The notes under the pieces: generated by a model
What the model saw: only the letters and a program-made list of their open reading frames with translations
What the model was told of the DNA's origin: nothing
Database searches by the model: none
Source: Candidatus Zixiibacteriota bacterium
GTDB taxonomy: Bacteria > Zixibacteria > MSB-5A5 > CAIYYT01
Reading direction: 5' to 3'
Assembly (NCBI GenBank): GCA_040235515.1
Contig: JBECKX010000088.1
Location: forward strand, 1-21,107
Length of the DNA: 21,107 bases
Program-made: the position numbers and the translations under genes
In this document: piece after piece, positions 15,626-21,107 of the stretch
How positions within the stretch are numbered: the stretch's first letter is position 1
Layout of the letters: each line of letters starts with the position of its first letter

Positions 15626-17121
15626 TCCCTCGCACTCTTACGCAGTTGCTGTCGGCGACTGTGCTGCTTGTGGCTGTCGCTCTGACCTGGGTGGTCGCTG
15701 ATCGCTACACTGCCGCAAATCCCCTGCTGATCGCTCTTGGCATCTGTTCGGCGGGTGTTATCGCGATGCTCTCACTTGTCCGAGCCAGGAGCATCTTCTT
15801 TCTCCTGGTTGCGGTTCTACCACTTGAGGCGACTCTCGTGGTGGAAGCCGGATTTTCCATCACCCTCGCCTACATGCTGACACCGCTCTTACTGTTTGCA
15901 TTGATATCTCAAAATGAGCGCTTTCCCTGGCAATACACCGAATCAAAACTTACCCTGGCCTACCTTGCGGTCTGCGCACTCTCGCTCGCCGTCGCACTGA
16001 TGGTCGAAAGTCCGAACTTCCAGGCATCGGGGGTAATGTCGATGCGGGCGTCCGCCCTGCGACCATTCGTACAGTTCGGATTGATCGGCTTGCATCTCAG
16101 CTTCTTCCTGATCACGTTGAAATATGCCGCTGAGGAATCAACCCTGCTGAAGGTTGTGAAGTTGTATGTTACGATCGCGGTGCTCCTCGCAGCCGCTGGG
16201 ATCTACCAAACGGCAGCGGTCGCGCTCGATCTTCCCCTCAAAGACTTTACCTTCGCGGTTGGTTCGGCAGCGGAACAAACCGCCCGCTACGGGGAAACTC
16301 GATTCTACTCAGCGTTGATCGCGAATTTCGCACCGAGAGGGACTTTCCGCGAATCACTTCATTTCTCCAACTATCTCTGTTCGGTGGTTCCATTCCTGCT
16401 AACATTGACCCTCTACCGCAAACGCCTGCCGCAGCGCTGGAAACTGAATATTCCCACTGTCGCCCTCTTCCTCCCCGCAGCAGCGTTGTTTCTGACTCTC
16501 TCACGCTCCGGTTGGGCTGCTTGTGTCGCCGGTGTGTTGTTTGTTGCCTTGTTCATCCCAAAACACCAGGCGCTTCGAATCGGTGCCGTCATACTGCTGT
16601 TGCTGGTCGGCACAGTCGCGATATTTCAAGCCAGTGGGCTCTTCGAATCCTCGACTTCCATCTGGGATCTGATTGCCCTGCGCATGAACGGTGATCTGCT
16701 ACTGGCAGACCCGCGCGTCGAACAGGGCCAGATCCTGCTGCAAACCTGGCTGGCACACCCGCTCCTCGGCGTTGGCATCGGCAATTATGGCGTATTCGCT
16801 GCAGCGGCGCTCGGAAGCCCACTTCTTATCAGCGCCAACTCGGTTTTTCTTGCAGCGCTGGTCGAGAATGGTCTGGTAGGATTCCTGTTGCTGACGGCAC
16901 TACCGCTTCTCTTCCTTTTCCGGATGTGGCGCTTAGCTCCCCATGTGCGTGATTATGCCGCCTACCCCTACCTGGTCGGAATCGGCGCCGGTATATTCGC
17001 GATGACGGCGCAATACTTCACCTTTGGCGATCGCCCAGGATTCTATTACCTGTTTCTGCTGGCTATTGGGTACGCCCTGATCCGTCACCTCAAAAACGAT
17101 CTCCACGCTAATACAAACTGA
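15619..17121 (+). CDS. O-antigen ligase / Wzy polymerase family membrane protein
   Basis: About 12 TM helices, PRGTFRE, LTLSRSGW, HPLLGVGIGNY and ENGLVG. Confidence 0.85.
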   Translation: MVVPRTLTQLLSATVLLVAVALTWVVADRYTAANPLLIALGICSAGVIAMLSLVRARSIFFLLVAVLPLEATLVVEAGFSITLAYMLTPLLLFALISQNERFPWQYTESKLTLAYLAVCALSLAVALMVESPNFQASGVMSMRASALRPFVQFGLIGLHLSFFLITLKYAAEESTLLKVVKLYVTIAVLLAAAGIYQTAAVALDLPLKDFTFAVGSAAEQTARYGETRFYSALIANFAPRGTFRESLHFSNYLCSVVPFLLTLTLYRKRLPQRWKLNIPTVALFLPAAALFLTLSRSGWAACVAGVLFVALFIPKHQALRIGAVILLLLVGTVAIFQASGLFESSTSIWDLIALRMNGDLLLADPRVEQGQILLQTWLAHPLLGVGIGNYGVFAAAALGSPLLISANSVFLAALVENGLVGFLLLTALPLLFLFRMWRLAPHVRDYAAYPYLVGIGAGIFAMTAQYFTFGDRPGFYYLFLLAIGYALIRHLKNDLHANTN

Positions 17122-17197
17122 TACTTGCATCAACCCGTCGAACGGTTGTATAGTTGGGTGATGATCCGGATTCACCACATTGTAGGGAGGGAATGTT

Positions 17198-17944
17198 GTG
17201 GCAACGGTCAGACTCTCGATACTCCTCGCTTGCCTGCTCGCGGCGTGCACCCTCTTTCTGGCGCGGACGAGCTTCAGGGCGGATCGGCTGATGGCTGACA
17301 CGCGCAAAGACCCATACTACCACCAGCGACTCGAGATGGTCGAACGGCAACTGCGCAGACGCGATATCACCGATCCCCGCGTGCTGGAAGCGATGTCGAC
17401 TGTGCCGCGCCATGAGTTCGTGCCGCTGAAGTTCCGCAGCGAAAGCTACGTTGATGGCCCTTTGCCGATTGGTGAAGAGCAGACTATCTCACAGCCCTAC
17501 ATTGTCGCGATCATGACCCAACTGGCGCAGGTCGATTCAAGTTCGGTTGTGCTCGATGTCGGTACCGGGTCGGGTTATCAAGCGGCGGTGCTCGCGGAAA
17601 TCGTGCAGCAGGTGTATACTATCGAGATCGTCGAACCGCTCTGCGCACGAGCCACCGAGACCCTATCACGGCTGGGATATACCAACATCTCCACCCGCTG
17701 CGGGGATGGCTACCGCGGCTGGCCGGAGGCGGCGCCATTTGATGCGATTGTCGTGGCCGCTGCGCCGGAACATATCCCGCAACCACTGATCGACCAATTG
17801 AAGCCTGATGGTGTACTCGTTATTCCGGTGGGTGGACGAGATCAGCAGCTCATGACTGTCACCAGGTCAGACTCGGGAGCGGTGTCGAAGAATATTATTC
17901 CCGTTCGCTTCGTTCCAATGACCGGGGAAGCGGAAGGGGATTGA
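17198..17944 (+). CDS. pcm: Protein-L-isoaspartate O-methyltransferase with a hydrophobic N-terminal extension
   Basis: VPRHEFVP, LPIGEEQTISQPYIVA, VLDVGTGSGYQAA, GDGYRGWPEAAPFD and VRFVPM. SD AGGGAGG precedes the GTG. Confidence 0.95.
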   Translation: MATVRLSILLACLLAACTLFLARTSFRADRLMADTRKDPYYHQRLEMVERQLRRRDITDPRVLEAMSTVPRHEFVPLKFRSESYVDGPLPIGEEQTISQPYIVAIMTQLAQVDSSSVVLDVGTGSGYQAAVLAEIVQQVYTIEIVEPLCARATETLSRLGYTNISTRCGDGYRGWPEAAPFDAIVVAAAPEHIPQPLIDQLKPDGVLVIPVGGRDQQLMTVTRSDSGAVSKNIIPVRFVPMTGEAEGD

Positions 17945-17983
17945 GGATGCTCACCAGCGGCCCGGCACGCCGAGCCCTATAGA

Positions 17984-19357
17984 CTAGCTCATCACCATAG
18001 CGGAGATAAACTGATCGAGTGTCTTGAAATTCTCGATCGAGTTGATATTCGCCGCAATCTGCTTGCGCTGATCATCTGACAGATGCGGCTTGGTAAGTCC
18101 ATAGAACTTATCCATCAAGTCCTCATCCGTCATCGGCTCACGCGGATCACCCTTGGCGAAGTCAACCTCTTTTGTTAGTGTCTCGCCACTCTTCAGCTTG
18201 AACTCCACGCGCGAAGGCTGCGTTGCCGGGAAGCGTTTCTCCAATTCGTCGTCAGCCAGCACCTTGATCTTCTGGATGAAGTCGATCAATTTCTGGTCAG
18301 CGATACGCTCCGGCTTGAACTGCAGCGGAGTCACAATCCGATCCATAATCGCCGCACCTACACAGTAAGGCATCGAGTGATCGGCGGTCTCTTTTTCCTT
18401 CGGATGATACTTCGAGGGATCAGCAAGAATATCCACCGCACGGTGAATCGTATAGACCTTGACTTCTTCAATCTGTTCCCAGTTGATGTTCTTCTCTTTG
18501 ATAAGCTTTAACGCAGCCGTGACAGGTGACTGCGTCAGGAACTCCGTCGGAAATGCTTTGAATGAGATCTGTGGCACGCGCCAATCCTTGCCCAAGCCAT
18601 CAAAGAGCAGCTCGGTTTCGAAGTTTCCGCCCAGTTCCTTGTACATCCCCTCCTTTCCCTCGAATATCTCGATCGTGCCGGTGTAGCCCTGTTGCGCGAG
18701 CAGTGCACTGATTACCCCCGCATGAGTCGCCATCGGGTCGGCGGTGTTTTTCATCATCGAAAGCTTACCGGCCGCAATAGCGCCCGGAGTGAACGAGCGA
18801 CACCCTGAAATCGCCACTGAGTGCATCAACTGCTCGGCGTTCAGACCCAGCATCTTGCCACACGCCAGTGGTGACACGAAAGCTGTCAAGGTTGCATGAT
18901 GCCACCCCCGCTCACGAATCCCCGGATGTGCAAACTCGCACATCCGCATCTCGATCTCATGACCGATCACGATTGCGACGAGCAACTCCTTGCCACCCTT
19001 ACCCTCACGCTCGGCCAATGCGATCGGACCGGGTATGATGTCGGATGGATGCGATGGATCCTCTTTCCAATAGATATCGTTGTAATCCATCGCACGCACC
19101 TGCACGGCGTTCATCAATGATGCGTTATAGCAGTTTGTTTTCTCGGTAGAGCCGAGGATCGTGCTCTCAGGCTTACCCCCGAAGGCCGATACCACCTTAT
19201 GCACCAACCCTGCGTCATGCGAGTGATGACCACCAAGACAGCACGCCATCGTGTCGAGCAGGATCCGCTTGGCAGCGGTGATAACTTCCGGTGGGATGTC
19301 CTCATACTTCAGTTCATAGACCCAATCAGCGAGGCGCTGCGATACACTTTTTGCCAT
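17984..19357 (-). CDS. prpD: MmgE/PrpD family protein (2-methylcitrate dehydratase-like)
   Basis: LLDTMACCLGG, RAMDYND...SHPSD, GKLSMMK, FEGKEG, ETADHSMPY and KGDPREPM. The ATG at 19357 is preferred (purine-rich SD); the ORF is open to 19381. Confidence 0.9.
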   Translation of the reverse strand: MAKSVSQRLADWVYELKYEDIPPEVITAAKRILLDTMACCLGGHHSHDAGLVHKVVSAFGGKPESTILGSTEKTNCYNASLMNAVQVRAMDYNDIYWKEDPSHPSDIIPGPIALAEREGKGGKELLVAIVIGHEIEMRMCEFAHPGIRERGWHHATLTAFVSPLACGKMLGLNAEQLMHSVAISGCRSFTPGAIAAGKLSMMKNTADPMATHAGVISALLAQQGYTGTIEIFEGKEGMYKELGGNFETELLFDGLGKDWRVPQISFKAFPTEFLTQSPVTAALKLIKEKNINWEQIEEVKVYTIHRAVDILADPSKYHPKEKETADHSMPYCVGAAIMDRIVTPLQFKPERIADQKLIDFIQKIKVLADDELEKRFPATQPSRVEFKLKSGETLTKEVDFAKGDPREPMTDEDLMDKFYGLTKPHLSDDQRKQIAANINSIENFKTLDQFISAMVMS

Positions 19358-19449
19358 CTTCTTTCCTTCCAGTCTTACCAAAACGAATATTCCTCAAGCT
19401 CACGAAGCCCTGAAATTAGTGAGAATTGGATGGGATGTCAAACTGGATG

Positions 19450-19484
19450 TGGGTCGAGGCAGGATTGGAAGCTCGCTCGACCCA
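19450..19484. terminator. Hairpin just after the stop of the 419-aa gene
   Basis: TGGGTCGAG...CTCGACCCA 9-bp inverted repeat with no U-tract. Confidence 0.35.
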
Positions 19485-19488
19485 AGTC

Positions 19489-20748
19489 TTATCCTGGAGC
19501 AGCGCCTTCCTGATATCGTGAACGGCTCCCCTGGCCGCTATTGAGCGTCTCAGATAACCAGGCACGGATAGCTCTAAGCCCGCGAGTGAGTTTACCCTCA
19601 CGAATGTCGGATATCTGACAATGGGCAGCGATCGCCTCAGTATGGCTGCGATAGCGCGGCAGGTAGATGATAGCTCTCGAGAAATTATCTTCATCGGGAT
19701 AACTATGGAGCAGCGACGGATACAGGAGCCCCTTATGAATCGCGATTCTGCCTGCAGGTAGCTCGAGATCCCTCACTGGAAAAACGAGCCAGGGTCGATA
19801 CGAGAACTTCAGGGTTCCATCCGCCGCAGGATAGACTCTACCATAGGTTCGCTTTGGGGCTCCAAGCTTGCGATTGACCAGAAACGCGTGCGCCTGTTCG
19901 GGTGTCGCACGATTCTTTGTCCAGCGACGGAAAATCGTATCTACAGCCATAAGACTGCCGAAGACCGTGAGCCTGAATGCAGCAGGCGCAAGGAATAACG
20001 CGATCAGGATTATTAGTAGCGAGAGCGCAGCTCCGAGCAGCGGGCTGATCGCGTATAAAGCAACCACAGCCGTGAACATCGCGAGCTTGAAGGCTTTGAG
20101 TATGGCATCGACGATGCCGAATGGGCTGAGCGCGATAAGTACATTGATGGCGTGCGAAGTCAACCACACTACAAAGAACGTGAAGATGCCAAGTGGAATG
20201 AACAGCAGGCGCAGATCAAAGCTGATTGCACCGATCGGAAACATCGCTCCGAGATTGAAGTTTGCTATTGCCAGGTGATGCGTGAACTCGACTGCCGCAA
20301 AGTTCTGGGCAACCTGTGCAGAAATGAAGGGGATGAATGCCGCTGCGGCAACCAGCGCGCTGGCTTTGTTCTCCAGCAGCTCTGCCATGTCGAGCGGCTT
20401 CTTGACCAGTGGCGGGGCGACTGTCCCGAATATGTCCTTGAGCAGACAAAGAAGTAGTACCGCAAAACCAATGCCCCACGCCAGCGGATGGCAAAACCAG
20501 GGGAGTTGATCCCGCTGCTGTTCGGGGGTCTTGAAGTAGCGCCAGGCTCCGATTGAGCTCACGCCGAGCAACGGAGAAATCGCAACGCCAGTGATCGCAG
20601 TAAGTCCCTCTGCCAGATCGACGCCCGGAAGCCGATCTGTGTCTGGCAGATTAACCGGCGAGTTCTGTGCACTTACCGCAGTAAATGCTGCGAGGATCAA
20701 GCTCAGCGCGAGCGCGAAGATCGCTAACCTGGCTACCGGCCCGTTCAA
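19489..20748 (-). CDS. Hypothetical polytopic membrane protein with a soluble C-terminal domain (loosely DUF4126-like)
   Basis: 419-aa ORF with GGAG 8 nt before a TTG start, a signal peptide, several TM helices and a basic C-terminal domain. Confidence 0.75.
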   Translation of the reverse strand: MNGPVARLAIFALALSLILAAFTAVSAQNSPVNLPDTDRLPGVDLAEGLTAITGVAISPLLGVSSIGAWRYFKTPEQQRDQLPWFCHPLAWGIGFAVLLLCLLKDIFGTVAPPLVKKPLDMAELLENKASALVAAAAFIPFISAQVAQNFAAVEFTHHLAIANFNLGAMFPIGAISFDLRLLFIPLGIFTFFVVWLTSHAINVLIALSPFGIVDAILKAFKLAMFTAVVALYAISPLLGAALSLLIILIALFLAPAAFRLTVFGSLMAVDTIFRRWTKNRATPEQAHAFLVNRKLGAPKRTYGRVYPAADGTLKFSYRPWLVFPVRDLELPAGRIAIHKGLLYPSLLHSYPDEDNFSRAIIYLPRYRSHTEAIAAHCQISDIREGKLTRGLRAIRAWLSETLNSGQGSRSRYQEGAAPG

Positions 20749-20797
20749 TTGGTTCGCTCCGTCATGTTGTTCATGATACCAAAAATGGAGAAGGGTA

Positions 20798-21107
20798 GTT
20801 CAAGTTTTTGAGGCGATAGGCTGGCGCACGGCTCAGCGCGAGCGTCAAGTTCCAGGGGAGCTTGACCTGCCTGCGCACGCAATCATTGGGGTAGCCCAAC
20901 CCTTGGGTTGGGGAGTTGGATTCAGAATTCCCCAGCCCAAGGGCTGGGGTACCCGGTTCAAGTTTTTGAGGCGGTAGGTTAGCGAACGGTTCGGCGCGAG
21001 CGTCAGGTTCCAATGGTGCTTGACCTGCCGGCGCACGCAATCATTGGGGTAGCCCAGCCCTTGGGTTGGGGAGGTGGATTCAGAATTCCCCAGCCCAAGG
21101 GCTAGGG
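20798..21107. repeat. Tandem 158-bp repeat (second copy cut by the window edge) made of REP-like palindromes
   Basis: Units start GTTCAAGTTTTTGAGGCG at 20798 and 20956. By eye there are about 14 mismatches in 152 nt with no gaps. Each unit carries an inverted REP pair and a second hairpin. Confidence 0.92.

Noticed and set aside
17125..17154. Possible sigma-70 promoter TTGCAT-18-TATAGT for pcm
   Set aside because: Plausible, but both boxes are imperfect and the spacer is long. Too weak to call without TSS data.
20771..21040. 89-aa and 63-aa minus-strand ORFs
   Set aside because: They lie within the palindromic tandem repeat and their translations only mirror the DNA repeat.
20798..21107. 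CRISPR array
   Set aside because: The whole 158-bp unit is repeated at about 90% identity, so there are no unique spacers. No cas genes are in the window.

Overview
Bacterial chromosomal window of moderately high GC. The gene content suggests a diderm, possibly from an FCB-group lineage such as Zixibacteria (inference only). In order: (1) the 3' part of a GT-C-like membrane protein with a TPR tail; (2) a minus-strand envelope/osmotic-stress cluster (DUF2780, a helical lipoprotein, a SigX-like ECF sigma factor, a small CfrX-like ORF, a CmpX-like channel, DUF4332, MscS, a DUF3078 outer-membrane barrel) carrying two copies of the bipartite motif TGTGACTTTTC-N12-GTCWCAA; (3) tRNA-fMet followed by a truncated GIY-YIG nuclease ORF and a decayed tRNA copy; (4) a MEMO1/AmrB homologue that has lost its metal ligands, a PfkB kinase, dprA, yigZ and a PAP2 phosphatase; (5) a polysaccharide gene set (Wzz-like, NDP-sugar nucleotidyltransferase, heparinase II/III-like, Wzy/WaaL-like) behind a sigma-54 site; (6) pcm, an orphan MmgE/PrpD gene, a membrane hypothetical, and a 158-bp tandem repeat built from REP-like hairpins. 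The best candidate system is the SigX-CfrX-CmpX-like module with a local regulon whose promoter can be read from the sequence. All family assignments are by motif recall, not database search.
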